The position numbers were made by a program, and so were the translations under genes. The notes below the pieces were generated by a model. It did no database searches, was not told the origin of the DNA, and was given only the letters and a program-made list of their open reading frames with translations. Positions 31,202 to 41,917 of a stretch of 64,000 nt of DNA are shown in pieces. Position 1 is the stretch's first letter; each line of letters opens with the position of its first letter. The stretch is taken from positions 1,632,001 to 1,696,000 of the forward strand of contig OZ242274.1 in the NCBI GenBank assembly GCA_965207375.1. The letters are read 5' to 3'. Origin of the DNA: Nitrosopumilaceae archaeon. GTDB lineage: Archaea > Thermoproteota > Nitrososphaeria > Nitrososphaerales > Nitrosopumilaceae.

Positions 31202-33439
31202 ATGAAGACATTACACTTTACAGTTACCCCCCCCCCCGTTAACTATATCATATTCTTGGCAGTTGTTGCAAGTGCATCTTTACTATTATTAGGTAACATA
31301 CAAGCAGCAGAAGCTGCACCTCATGGACTAGAATTTATGGCACCCCACACACCTGATGCTAACAACAACATTGACATATATCTTACAGAAGGTGAGCAGG
31401 GAGTCCGCATTTACTTTAATTTGGATAGGGCCCCAGACAAGCAAGACGGTGTTGGCCTATACACGCCTCGTATTACTTTTCCCCATATAGACAATGGTGA
31501 TCTAAACAGAATATCCTGTTTTGAAGGAGTAGGTGAAGGAACGGCAATTCCACCTGGTGTTCCACATGCAACCTACCAAAGATGGAGCACAGTTAATGAA
31601 AACGATCATGATTCTGCATGTGAGGGAACCAACAAATACCATTTTGAATTTAATAATAACAATTGGGACACACCACAATACATATACCTAAAAGCTGGTC
31701 ATGATAATGACGCTGATGATCATACGTTAACAGTGACTTTTGAGTCCCAGCACCCCTATAACGATCCTGGTACCAAAGCAAAAACAATAACACTCAGCAA
31801 TGGAATAAAGTATGAAATTCCAGCAAGAGATGGCTGCAGGAACTGCCATTACCACTGGTTAACCAATGACTATACAATTACAGTCCACATAACAGATGAT
31901 GATGCAGCAGATTATGTACCGCCAACGCATTCAGCACATTTTCGATTTTTAGATAGTTATGTTCCCGCACCAGAGGGGGAAAGAAATGGAAGGAACATAA
32001 TTGCAGGCGTTGACCCGAACCCTACTCCACTCCAGGTACCAATAAATTATCATGTCAGTCAAATCGGAGATTATGTCCCGGATAATTATATAGGTTCTTT
32101 TACGACAAACGTAGGACAATCCAGCGTTTTATTTCCGTTAGTGATCAACAAAATCACACCAGGGGATCAGGGCGGCGGTGCTGTCATAATTCGTTTGCTT
32201 CCCAGTGATGCATATAGACTAACAGGAGAGACCAGTCTTGTAATACCAATAATCGATAGTGAGCCTGGTGTTCCCATCCCTGATGGTCTTAACGACTTTG
32301 ATGGTATTATCGGCGGCGGTCAAGACAGCGAACTACCACCAACACCACCGGAAATATACGTACCACCGATTAACCACACATCAAATATTGCTCAAGATAC
32401 ACCGATAATTGTACCAGAATCTATACCAATACCTACAGCTGACCCAGAACTAATTGAAGATGTAAAGTACCTTGCATCTATGACACATCATGGTCATGAT
32501 CACGTTGACAGATGGAATAGAGTCTTGGCAGCCTTTGGAGTTATACAACATGACAATCCTATGACTGCAGCAGAGGCTCAAGCAAATACTAAAAAATACT
32601 CTAGTCCACTATGGGTCAAGATTGCAGAGACTTTGAAGATAATAGAGGCAGCAGTTGAACAACAGCAACAACAGCAACAACAGCAACAACAGCAACAACA
32701 GCAACAACAGCAACAACAGCAACAACAGCAACAACAGCAACAACAGCAACAACAACAGCAAAACGCAACACAGAATATACCACAGGTTGAGCCAGTACAA
32801 GAGCCTGAACCAACACCTGCAATAGATCCAGAATTAATTGAAGATGTAAAGTACCTTGCATCTATGACACATCATGGTCATGATCACGTTGACAGATGGA
32901 ATAGAGTCTTGGCAGGATTTGGATTACTAGAACATTCTAACCCTATGACAGCTGCAGAAGCTGAAGCAAATAGCAAGAAATACTCTAGTCCATTATGGCC
33001 TAAAATTGCAGAAGTGTTAACAATACTAGAGGCAATACCAGTACCTACACAAGACCCAGTACCTACACAAGACCCAGTACCTACACAAGACCCAGTACCT
33101 ACACAAGACCCAGTACCTACACAAGACCCAGTACCTACACAAGACCCAGTACCTACACAAGACCCAGTACCTACACAAGACCCAGTACCTACACAAGACC
33201 CAGTACCTACACCTGCAATAGACCCAGAATTAATTGAAGATGTAAAGTATTTGGCAAGTCAAACCCATCATGGTTTTAATCATGTTGACAGATGGAATAA
33301 GGTACTAGCAGCATTTGGCGTTTTAGAACATGACAATCCTATGACTGCAGCAGAGGCAGAGGTTAACTCAAAAAAATACTCTAGTCCATTATGGCCTAAA
33401 ATTGCAGAAGTTTTGAAACAATTAGAGAATGCCAACTAA
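31202..33439 (+). CDS. Secreted/surface protein with Ig/Calx-beta-like region, polyQ, PVPTQD repeats and three C-terminal helical repeats
   Basis: Signal peptide ending AAEA; NNWDTPQ...AGHDND; three copies of DPELIEDVKYLAS...RWNRVLAAFG...MTAAEA; ATG 31202 preferred over 31139. Confidence 0.8.
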   Translation: MKTLHFTVTPPPVNYIIFLAVVASASLLLLGNIQAAEAAPHGLEFMAPHTPDANNNIDIYLTEGEQGVRIYFNLDRAPDKQDGVGLYTPRITFPHIDNGDLNRISCFEGVGEGTAIPPGVPHATYQRWSTVNENDHDSACEGTNKYHFEFNNNNWDTPQYIYLKAGHDNDADDHTLTVTFESQHPYNDPGTKAKTITLSNGIKYEIPARDGCRNCHYHWLTNDYTITVHITDDDAADYVPPTHSAHFRFLDSYVPAPEGERNGRNIIAGVDPNPTPLQVPINYHVSQIGDYVPDNYIGSFTTNVGQSSVLFPLVINKITPGDQGGGAVIIRLLPSDAYRLTGETSLVIPIIDSEPGVPIPDGLNDFDGIIGGGQDSELPPTPPEIYVPPINHTSNIAQDTPIIVPESIPIPTADPELIEDVKYLASMTHHGHDHVDRWNRVLAAFGVIQHDNPMTAAEAQANTKKYSSPLWVKIAETLKIIEAAVEQQQQQQQQQQQQQQQQQQQQQQQQQQQQQQQQQQNATQNIPQVEPVQEPEPTPAIDPELIEDVKYLASMTHHGHDHVDRWNRVLAGFGLLEHSNPMTAAEAEANSKKYSSPLWPKIAEVLTILEAIPVPTQDPVPTQDPVPTQDPVPTQDPVPTQDPVPTQDPVPTQDPVPTQDPVPTQDPVPTPAIDPELIEDVKYLASQTHHGFNHVDRWNKVLAAFGVLEHDNPMTAAEAEVNSKKYSSPLWPKIAEVLKQLENAN
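31227..31237 (+). repeat. Poly-C tract (11 C) in the signal-peptide coding region
   Basis: GTTA-C11-GTT. Confidence 0.9.
32660..32761 (+). repeat. CAACAGCAA tandem repeat encoding 34 Gln
   Basis: Read directly. Confidence 0.95.
33038..33211 (+). repeat. 18-bp tandem repeat CCAGTACCTACACAAGAC x9 plus partial (PVPTQD)
   Basis: Read directly. Confidence 0.95.
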
Positions 33440-33795
33440 CAAATAAGCAAACAATGAATTTTTGAAATCAAGGTGTACGTAAAACATACCACACCATATG
33501 TCAAAATCTAGGCGTGATGTTAACAATTATGATTTTTGTAGAGTTTTTTTATCTGATACGCTCAATGCATGATTTGACATGTGACCTCATTTAGATCCTG
33601 TTGAGAAAAATTTGATCGTAAATAATCAGAATTTAGGCACTACATCAACACTTACATCAAAAGAGTCACCAGTATCAATAAATGTAGATCAAATTTTCTC
33701 AAGCAAAACTTGAAAATGAAGCATATACCTGTAGAACACAGACAATAGTTGTGTATTATTTTTAAATAGACTGTTTGTGATGTGTGATTTAGTCC

Positions 33796-34926
33796 TTGAC
33801 CTCAAAGCTAGCATATCTTGATGCAGAATTGACCAGAATAAAAAAAGACAACCTGTATCGCAGTCTTTGTTTTGGAACAATTGCAGGTCCATATATCACA
33901 ATTAACCACAAAAAACTACTCAACCTTTGTTCAAATGACTATCTTGGAATCAAGTCAACCAAACTAAACCAAACACAAATGCAGTCAAGCTCCAGACTGG
34001 TTTGTGGAAACGACAAATCATATCAGGAGCTTGAAAAAATCCTTGCAAAACAAAAGTACAAGCAAGGCGCACTGGTATTTCCTACAGGATACATGGCAAA
34101 TTTGGGTGTAATTGCAGCACTTGCAAAAAAAGGAGACACCATACTAAGTGATGAGCTAAACCATGCAAGCATAATTGAGGCATGCAAGATATCTGATGCT
34201 ACAGTATCCGTATACGGACACAACGATACAGATGATCTGCGCAAAAAAATACGCCATGCAAAAGGCAAAAGGTTCATCATCACAGAAGGTATATTTAGTA
34301 TGGATGGAGATCTTGCAAAGCTAGACGAAATTTCAGAGATTGCACAAAAAAATAATGCAATAACAATACTAGATGACGCGCACGGGGATTTTGTAATGGG
34401 CAAAGATGGACGGGGAACTGCCCATCACTATAACGTTGCAAAAAAAATCGACGTACATACAAGCAGCCTAAGCAAGGGGCTAGGCTCATTTGGAGGATAC
34501 ATTGCATCTGAAGATAATGTTATAGATTACTGCATAAACAAGTCAAAGTCTTTTATCTACACATCTGCGCTTCCAAGTGTTTTTATAAATCACGCATTAA
34601 AGAGAATAAAAACAAACCTAAAACCCTATCAAAAAAGACTAGAAAAAAATACAAGCTACATGATAAAGGGATTAAATCAGTCAGGCTATCAGGTAAACTC
34701 ACAAAGTCAAATCATACCAATAATCATAGGAAATGAAAAAACTGCTACAAATTTTGGAAAATATCTAATTGATAAGGGCATATTTGCACAGCCAATACGA
34801 TATCCAACTGTGGCAAAAAACCGGGCACGCATAAGAATATCAGTTACTGCATGGCTAAAAGAACCACATATACAAAAATCACTAGATGTCTTTGATCGTG
34901 CAGGAAAAAAATTTGGCATTATCTAA
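33796..34926 (+). CDS. bioF: 8-amino-7-oxononanoate synthase
   Basis: CSNDYLG, TGYMAN, DELNHAS, FSMDGD, DDAH, SLSKGLG; bio context. Confidence 0.92.
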   Translation: MTSKLAYLDAELTRIKKDNLYRSLCFGTIAGPYITINHKKLLNLCSNDYLGIKSTKLNQTQMQSSSRLVCGNDKSYQELEKILAKQKYKQGALVFPTGYMANLGVIAALAKKGDTILSDELNHASIIEACKISDATVSVYGHNDTDDLRKKIRHAKGKRFIITEGIFSMDGDLAKLDEISEIAQKNNAITILDDAHGDFVMGKDGRGTAHHYNVAKKIDVHTSSLSKGLGSFGGYIASEDNVIDYCINKSKSFIYTSALPSVFINHALKRIKTNLKPYQKRLEKNTSYMIKGLNQSGYQVNSQSQIIPIIIGNEKTATNFGKYLIDKGIFAQPIRYPTVAKNRARIRISVTAWLKEPHIQKSLDVFDRAGKKFGII

Positions 34927-35027
34927 CGGTACATGTCTAGGCCACCAAACATTGGAGAGCCTACCAAAAACGCAAAGACTACAATGCCTCCCAAAACTAT
35001 ACCTGTAATGATGAATCGCGTGTTCAT
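34923..35027 (-). CDS. Small single-TM protein (34 aa)
   Basis: Hand translation MNTRFIITGIVLGGIVVFAFLVGSPMFGGLDMYR. Confidence 0.5.
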   Translation of the reverse strand: MNTRFIITGIVLGGIVVFAFLVGSPMFGGLDMYR

Positions 35028-35159
35028 ATTAACCTCTAAAAACTGCCAAGATAAAAAGCAATCTAGAAATTGTCAAACTCGGGCAAATTCCAATAGTATC
35101 ATAACTGAACGATTATGGATTAGATTTGGAACAATGCTTTAAAATAAAATCATGCATTT

Positions 35160-35897
35160 ATGTGTATGAACGAGGCTACCTTGTTGGGTGCAGCATCAAT
35201 AGGACTAGCATCATTTTTTGCACCATGTATTTTGCCAATAGTGCCTGCATTTTTGGCATACATATCTGGGTCATCCCTTTATGAGACTAACAAACAAAGC
35301 GACTCAAACACCATAGTGGTAAACAAAACAAACATCGTTCTCAATACGATATTTTTTGTTCTAGGATTTACGGTGGTTTTTTCAATATACAGCGTTATCA
35401 TAAACAGCATATTTTCAGACCTGACAGGTGAGCTTACCCAGGCCTTTAATCAGATAGGTGGAATCATAATAATTGGATTTGGCGCATACATGCTTTTATC
35501 ATCAAAGATTCGCATACTCAATTTTGAAAAAAAATTCATTCCAAAAAAGACAAAATCCAGCTTTCCGTTATCATTTTTGTTTGGATTATCCTTTGCAGCT
35601 GCATGGACACCATGTACTGCACCTGTTTTGGGAACAATACTTACAATAGCTGCAATAACTCCTGCAGAGTCACTGAACCTGATGCTAGCATATTCGTTGG
35701 GATTGGGAATCCCATTTATCATAATGGGTGTGTTTTTCTCAAGGGCCACTAGAATAATTAGAGCAATGAGCAAACATCTGAAATATTATTCTATAATACT
35801 TGGAGCCTTTATTGTAATACTTGGAGTCTTGGTATTTTTTAACCAGCTTGCATACATTGCAAGCTTTCCTCTACTAAATAACCTGCTATTGGGATGA
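35160..35897 (+). CDS. ccdA: CcdA/DsbD-type transmembrane disulfide reductase
   Basis: SFFAPCILP and WTPC motifs, YSLGLGIPF. Confidence 0.9.
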   Translation: MCMNEATLLGAASIGLASFFAPCILPIVPAFLAYISGSSLYETNKQSDSNTIVVNKTNIVLNTIFFVLGFTVVFSIYSVIINSIFSDLTGELTQAFNQIGGIIIIGFGAYMLLSSKIRILNFEKKFIPKKTKSSFPLSFLFGLSFAAAWTPCTAPVLGTILTIAAITPAESLNLMLAYSLGLGIPFIIMGVFFSRATRIIRAMSKHLKYYSIILGAFIVILGVLVFFNQLAYIASFPLLNNLLLG

Positions 35898-35900
35898 AAC

Positions 35901-37016
35901 ATGATGAGATCAGAAATTAAAACAGCAATAATGATGGGCGCAATAATTGCAGGAGTTGTAGGAATCATAAGCATTTCACTAAACCAAATAGAGCCTGAAT
36001 CCTTTGAATCTGGAACGATTCAGACACAGGACGGAGTGCAACTTTTAGATATTGACAAGTCTAGATTCAAGATGGCACCACAAATTTCTGGAATTGCAGA
36101 ATACATCAATACAACACCTGAGCAATTGCAAAAAGAGATGGACGACAAGGTGGTACTGTACGACATCTGGACGTACAGCTGTATCAACTGTGTAAGAACT
36201 TTACCATACATTACTGCATGGAATGACAAATATGCAGACCAGGGCCTGTTAATAATTGGAATCCACTCCCCAGAGTTTGAGTTTGAAAAAGACGTACACA
36301 ATGTGCAGATGGCAGTTGAAAAACACGGAATCAATTATCCCGTAGTATTAGACAATGACTGGGAAACTTGGGATGCGTTTGAAAATAGATACTGGCCCAG
36401 AAAATACATTGCAGACCATGAGGGATACATTAGATATGATCACATAGGCGAGGGAGGATATGCAGAAACTGAAAAAATCATTCAGGAATTATTAAAGGAG
36501 AGATCTGCAGCATTGGGATTAGGGGCGGCATCTGCAGTATCTCTAGTTGAACTAGACGAATTTGAACACACAAGATACAGAACACCTGAGCTATACTTTG
36601 GATACGAGCTTGCATTTGGTAGGAGTCAGTTGGGAAATCCAGAAGGATTCAGCCCAAACAACGTCATCACGTATCAAGCAGGAGACACGCTAGAGGATCA
36701 TAAATTCTATCTAGATGGCACGTGGGAAAACAACGGAGATCACATGAAACTAGTATCAAAAGAGGGCACGATAAAATTACCATATATAGCAAAACAGGTA
36801 AACATTGTAGCATCAGGTCAAACAGATCTTGAGATTACAATTGATGGCATGCCCATACCTCCACAAATTCGGGGCTCAGATGTAGCAGGTGACATTGTGC
36901 CAATAAGGGGACCTGCACTGTACAATATTATCAACGGCCAAGAATCAAAATCACATTTGATTGAAATCCAGATAAAGGATGCAGGATTTGAAATGTATAC
37001 ATTTACCTTCGGATAG
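35901..37016 (+). CDS. Membrane-anchored redoxin (DipZ C-terminal-like)
   Basis: WTYSCINC, HSPEFEFE, NRYWP, TPELYFG, FTFG. Confidence 0.9.
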   Translation: MMRSEIKTAIMMGAIIAGVVGIISISLNQIEPESFESGTIQTQDGVQLLDIDKSRFKMAPQISGIAEYINTTPEQLQKEMDDKVVLYDIWTYSCINCVRTLPYITAWNDKYADQGLLIIGIHSPEFEFEKDVHNVQMAVEKHGINYPVVLDNDWETWDAFENRYWPRKYIADHEGYIRYDHIGEGGYAETEKIIQELLKERSAALGLGAASAVSLVELDEFEHTRYRTPELYFGYELAFGRSQLGNPEGFSPNNVITYQAGDTLEDHKFYLDGTWENNGDHMKLVSKEGTIKLPYIAKQVNIVASGQTDLEITIDGMPIPPQIRGSDVAGDIVPIRGPALYNIINGQESKSHLIEIQIKDAGFEMYTFTFG

Positions 37017-37055
37017 TGTAACTGTACTATCCTGTAACTGCAGTGACATGATACT

Positions 37056-37754
37056 ATGATACAAATCGGTTTAAAGTCAAAACATTTAGCAATTATGGGG
37101 AGAAAGGCATTGATATCCAACAATTGGAACAAACGAGGAGGGCAAGGATTATCCGGTAGGGTATTAGGAGCAGTAAGACCAGAAGCTCCATTAAAAAACA
37201 AGATTGATCTTGCACAGAAAAAACTACAGGTACAAGTAGCAAAGCTTGATTCCATTCACGGCAAATTACAGAAAAAGCATGACATTATCTTTGAAAGAAT
37301 AGTTAATGCACAGAGAAATCACAACAACTCTTATGCTAAAGCGTATGCTACAGAGCTATCGCAGGTAAGAAAGATGAAAACAATGGTGGGCAATGCCAAA
37401 CTATCCATGGAACAAATACAGCTCAGACTCAACACAGTATCAGAATTAGGCGATGTGGTAGTAACACTTAGCCCATGCATGTCAATTATCAAGGGACTAA
37501 GTTCCTCAATTGGAGGAATTATGCCCGAGGCTAATGCATCAATGCAAGATCTCTCGTCAATTCTAGGTGATGTGATGAGCAACTCGTCTGTAGGAAATGT
37601 CGATATTGGAATCACAGAATCTGCAGGCAGCGAGGCAGGAGCAATCTTAGCAGAGGCACAATCAATGATTGAGAGTCAGACCAAATCAAGCATACCAGAC
37701 ATTCCAGCAGAGCTAAAAACACAGCTCAAACAAAAACGTCAGACTATGATTTAG
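37056..37754 (+). CDS. ESCRT-III / CdvB-family (Snf7) protein
   Basis: YATELSQVRKM...LSMEQIQLRLNTVSELGDVVVTLSP; true start probably downstream. Confidence 0.88.
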   Translation: MIQIGLKSKHLAIMGRKALISNNWNKRGGQGLSGRVLGAVRPEAPLKNKIDLAQKKLQVQVAKLDSIHGKLQKKHDIIFERIVNAQRNHNNSYAKAYATELSQVRKMKTMVGNAKLSMEQIQLRLNTVSELGDVVVTLSPCMSIIKGLSSSIGGIMPEANASMQDLSSILGDVMSNSSVGNVDIGITESAGSEAGAILAEAQSMIESQTKSSIPDIPAELKTQLKQKRQTMI

Positions 37755-37983
37755 AGTCAGCTTTTGTCTCTGATGTAGATTTTGTGGTACGGAATCTACA
37801 GAGAACACTTGGCATTCATACGCCTTAGTCAATACGGAGGGGAGCGAACTCCTCTTGAGATCTACAAACAGGAATTCATCTAAAAAAATACCCTAGCAAA
37901 ACGGTCATGTAGAATCATTTCACAAGATACAAAGAACACATCTAGGTGAATACTTTTTATTCAGATGTTGTTACACAGTAATC

Positions 37984-38376
37984 ATGCTTGGTGAATTTGA
38001 GATAACCCATGAGACCCAGATGGTAGAATTACAAGGAGAATCTACATGTTGCATTGTTGACCACGACCTTGAAAACAAAACCGTCTGGAAAAAGCTTTTA
38101 CAAAAAGGATTTGAATATAATCTAAAGGGCGTAATACTGAAAACACCTCAAGGGTATCATCTAGCCTGTAGGTTCATGATCAGAGGTGAGGGAGAGTATC
38201 TAGATTACAAAATTGCACCACCAAAACAATGGATGACAGAGTTTAGAAAAACAAAAAAACTAGCAATCATAGACATTACAGGAAAAATAATCATGGTTGC
38301 AAAGGATGTCTGGACCGGCGCAATTGACGAGGTACTGCAAAAATTCTACACTCCAAATACAAATGGCAGTACCTAA
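37984..38376 (+). CDS. Hypothetical protein
   Basis: 130 aa ORF. Confidence 0.6.
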   Translation: MLGEFEITHETQMVELQGESTCCIVDHDLENKTVWKKLLQKGFEYNLKGVILKTPQGYHLACRFMIRGEGEYLDYKIAPPKQWMTEFRKTKKLAIIDITGKIIMVAKDVWTGAIDEVLQKFYTPNTNGST

Positions 38377-38451
38377 GGATGCAATGAAAAAATTCACCTT
38401 ACAGAATCATGTTTGACAGGCCCGTACATTAAATGCAGTCTCCCAGATATG

Positions 38452-39255
38452 CTATCTTTGGGCTAGTTTTTGATTTATTACCTGTACAAATGACTCAAAT
38501 GGTTTTGCACCGTTGACATGAATATATCCTGTCTGTTCGTTTCCGATGAAAAATGCAGGAGTTCCTGTTGCACCGTATTTTGTGCCATCTGCCTTGTCTG
38601 CATTTACTTCTGCAGCAATTGCAGGGTTACGCAGGCACTCTGAAAATGAATCGACATCTAGTGAGAGCAGATGTGCATATTCTACAACTTGGTTTGTAAT
38701 GGATTCTGAATCCATCTTGTTCCATTGAGATTGTCTTTCAAACAAAATATCGTGATACTGCCAGAACATGCCCTGCTCGTCTGCGCATTCGGCTGCAATG
38801 TGGGTAATTTTTGCATTAGGATGAATTCTATCTATTGGAAAGTCACGATATACGATATTTACTTGTCCGCTGTCTACATAATTTTTCACAATTAATGGAA
38901 GTGTCTCCTGATGGAATCTGCTACAAAAGGGACATTGAAAATCAGAAAACTCTACAACAGTTACTGGTGCATCAGGATTTCCTAGCATCGGGTCATCATC
39001 TAGTGATATAATTAATTTTTGAGGCATTGCAACAGTAGGCTGTGTGTCTGATAACAAATCCTCTAATTGGGACCGTGTAACATAGTCTGGAGTATTTGCA
39101 AATGAGGCAACAAAATATCCTACAAAAAATGTACCGACTGCTATTCCCACAATTGCAGTAACTACGAGACCATAATATGCTGATTTTTTCATAGTTATTA
39201 TGCCAGATGGCTTTACAGAATCTTCAGACATGAGATATGTTAGTTCTTTTTGCAC
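38452..39255 (-). CDS. DsbA-family oxidoreductase
   Basis: EFSDFQCPFC, YRDFP, GTPAF, GAKP. Confidence 0.92.
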   Translation of the reverse strand: MQKELTYLMSEDSVKPSGIITMKKSAYYGLVVTAIVGIAVGTFFVGYFVASFANTPDYVTRSQLEDLLSDTQPTVAMPQKLIISLDDDPMLGNPDAPVTVVEFSDFQCPFCSRFHQETLPLIVKNYVDSGQVNIVYRDFPIDRIHPNAKITHIAAECADEQGMFWQYHDILFERQSQWNKMDSESITNQVVEYAHLLSLDVDSFSECLRNPAIAAEVNADKADGTKYGATGTPAFFIGNEQTGYIHVNGAKPFESFVQVINQKLAQR

Positions 39256-39287
39256 TCAAATATGTAGTTTCAGATAAAAAAAGGAGG

Positions 39288-40643
39288 TTAGCCTTTAATC
39301 CATTTTGTAGCATCAGATGTTACAAAATATGACATGGTTCCACAGTTCTGTATGCGTCCGCCACAACCTTTATCGGTTTTAAGATATTTGTTATAGCTTG
39401 CCTTGCCAAGTCCTGTATCTGAGATGGAATTTTTTCCATATCCAATTATAATTTCACCCTTGACTGTATTTAGGGCTACAGAGTCATCAGATTGTGAAAT
39501 TGCTTCTACATGCAATCCGTTATCAACATACTTGTGCATCCCACTAGGTATTACATCTAGGGTAATCGTGCCAGTTTTTGTCTGTTCTTTTGTAAAGTTG
39601 CAAGTTCCTGATTCGCAATTGAAGATTTTTACTTTGGCTGTGACGGTATGCTTTTTATCTACTTTTTTCCATCCACCTGCTTCGGCACACGGTAAAAGGA
39701 AACTACAGGTCATTGGTTCTCCAGTAACCGGGTCAATACCTTGATTTTTTTCAAACTCTTTGATTGCTTGTAACTGTTCAGGTGTTGTTTTAGGAAGTTT
39801 GGCATTTGCATACATGGATTCCGAGTCACAATCTGATTCATACATACAAACTGCAGCCCCGGTTATACTCATCCAATAATGCGGATCATTGCCGGATAGC
39901 TCAGGTGGAACATTTCCATGCTGAGCCATGGTGTTTAATGATCTTACCATTTTTTTGGTAAATACCTCAAGATTCTTATCTCCAACAATGTCTAAAATCC
40001 TCTCATTGATTTGCTTCTTTGTATCTGGAGATGGATATTTTTGAGTTGCCCATTTGTGGTATTTTGTTACGGGTTCTGTGGCATTGTAATTTCCATTCAT
40101 CTTTTGTTTGGCAACGTAAAGAGATACTAATTCATGACCATGTCCTTTTTTTCCTATGATGGATTCAAAGTTATGTTGTTTGATCTGCTCTTTTACCATC
40201 TTTTTATTCCATTCATTTTTTGGCAGATCTGCATCTACATAGGCTTCAATCTCGGATTGGGCTGCGTCAAACTCCTCCTGAGTAGAATAGTACGATTGCC
40301 ATTTTTCACCGATTCTTTTAATGAGTTTGTTGGTGGAAATTGTTTTTTCAGATTTGGATACATCCACTAATCTCTGATACAGAGCATCAACGTGATTTTT
40401 AAGTTCATTAATTTCTCTGGCAAGTTTATCAATCCTGTCTGGGTTTGTTATTTCTTCTAGCTGAGCTGTTTTTTGCTCGATTAATGCCTCTTTTTTTGCT
40501 ATCTTTTGCTCTAGTTTTCCGATTCTAGGATTTACATCACCTTCATCTGCTACTGCCACATTCATTGATGAAAATGGTAGAATCATTGCAGTGATTAGGG
40601 CTGCAAATAGTATTGTTTTTGTTTTGCTTGTTATGTTTTTCAA
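39288..40643 (-). CDS. Secreted protein: signal peptide, coiled coil, Cys-containing beta-rich C-terminus
   Basis: KTILFAALITAMILPFS...AVA signal; 451 aa. Confidence 0.75.
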   Translation of the reverse strand: MKNITSKTKTILFAALITAMILPFSSMNVAVADEGDVNPRIGKLEQKIAKKEALIEQKTAQLEEITNPDRIDKLAREINELKNHVDALYQRLVDVSKSEKTISTNKLIKRIGEKWQSYYSTQEEFDAAQSEIEAYVDADLPKNEWNKKMVKEQIKQHNFESIIGKKGHGHELVSLYVAKQKMNGNYNATEPVTKYHKWATQKYPSPDTKKQINERILDIVGDKNLEVFTKKMVRSLNTMAQHGNVPPELSGNDPHYWMSITGAAVCMYESDCDSESMYANAKLPKTTPEQLQAIKEFEKNQGIDPVTGEPMTCSFLLPCAEAGGWKKVDKKHTVTAKVKIFNCESGTCNFTKEQTKTGTITLDVIPSGMHKYVDNGLHVEAISQSDDSVALNTVKGEIIIGYGKNSISDTGLGKASYNKYLKTDKGCGGRIQNCGTMSYFVTSDATKWIKG

Positions 40644-40813
40644 TGTGATTATATTCCATTTACACTTGCATTATATTAAATTTGATATTAACTTACGGCA
40701 TGCTTCTTTTAAAATACTACATATTGCTCATTTTTACATTAAATATTTTTTCTAGAGATAAACTCTCATAAGAGTTTGACATGTTTTAAATTAGGCTAAC
40801 ATAACTACATGTA

Positions 40814-41194
40814 TTGAAAAAACTATTCCTTACAAGTATTATAATTAACATTGGTTTGGTAATTGGAGTCATATTTTCCTTGTCTTTACTATATGATGAA
40901 GTTTTCAAACTAGAAGGCGACTGTGATGTTACAAAGGAACATGCAAAATTAATTGCAGAATATGGCAAAAGATATCATGACCTTCCACTAGAAGAAAGAA
41001 CTGCATTGGATAATGAATTTAATATGATCCAGGCCAATTTTGATATAAAGAACGGCAATGGCACGCAGGAAGAGTTTGATGCAGAATATTACAAATTATT
41101 AGACAGGTATGATATTGTGGAAGTTGGGTATGCCCAAGATGAGCGGCAAGAACTATTTTATCGCCTAGTACACTTGTGTAGTGATTATAGTTAA
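40814..41194 (+). CDS. Small membrane-anchored protein, paralog A
   Basis: N-terminal TM, two Cys; homologous to 41918-42277 and 43145-43525. Confidence 0.8.
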   Translation: MKKLFLTSIIINIGLVIGVIFSLSLLYDEVFKLEGDCDVTKEHAKLIAEYGKRYHDLPLEERTALDNEFNMIQANFDIKNGNGTQEEFDAEYYKLLDRYDIVEVGYAQDERQELFYRLVHLCSDYS

Positions 41195-41532
41195 TGTGTA
41201 GTGATTTTAAAAAAAGTACTTGTTCACCTCATACCTAATTTTTCAATCATTACATCACCATCTGGGTACAAATTAACTCCATTACGTGAACCAGTACTAA
41301 AAAAGAATGGAACCCAAATTCCTGAAAAAAAAAGCCTAGTGTGCCCCCCCCACATCTTGGACCAAATTAGGCACAATGTGCCTGTTTAGTTGCATTTTTG
41401 TTATGTTTGGTAACGTATAGGATCAAAAAAATTAGAATTTACAATACAAAAGATGACGTGTCTAAAGGCAATTGTGATACAACATCTAAAGGCACATCAA
41501 GATACACTTGATAATGCCATATTTAACTGCCC

Positions 41533-41850
41533 ATGTTGAGAGGCCGATATTTTATGAAGCCATCCCCAGGGGTAAAGAGAGGAATAGAGTTTCTCAAAGG
41601 TACCACTACATCTGAGATGGAACATCGTCTAAAGGTAGAGCCCTCAGGCAAGCCGCGTGAGTGGCTACAGACAACATTGCTGCGCAGACAGGGCCTAGAC
41701 CTAGAATCTATACGTAAAATCCTAGGACGAGGTAAGGGCAGCATCTCAAGATGGCTAAACCAGATGTAGAAAGAGGGAGCCTGATGCAATACTTGACGGT
41801 AAGAGTACCGGAAGATCGTGCAAGATCTTAGGCGACAGTCAGAAAGCGTT
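41533..41850 (+). pseudogene. IS630-like transposase N-terminal HTH fragment
   Basis: IRKILGRGKGSISRWL, then stop/frameshift, then DGKSTGR. Confidence 0.55.
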
Positions 41851-41917
41851 TCGTTCTTTTTTACGATTACTAAGTACTATATGTTATGTTTTCAAGCAAT
41901 TTGTAACTGTAGACGCG

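Noticed and set aside
32660..33211. CRISPR array
   Set aside because: Repeats are contiguous, in-frame and spacer-free; no cas genes
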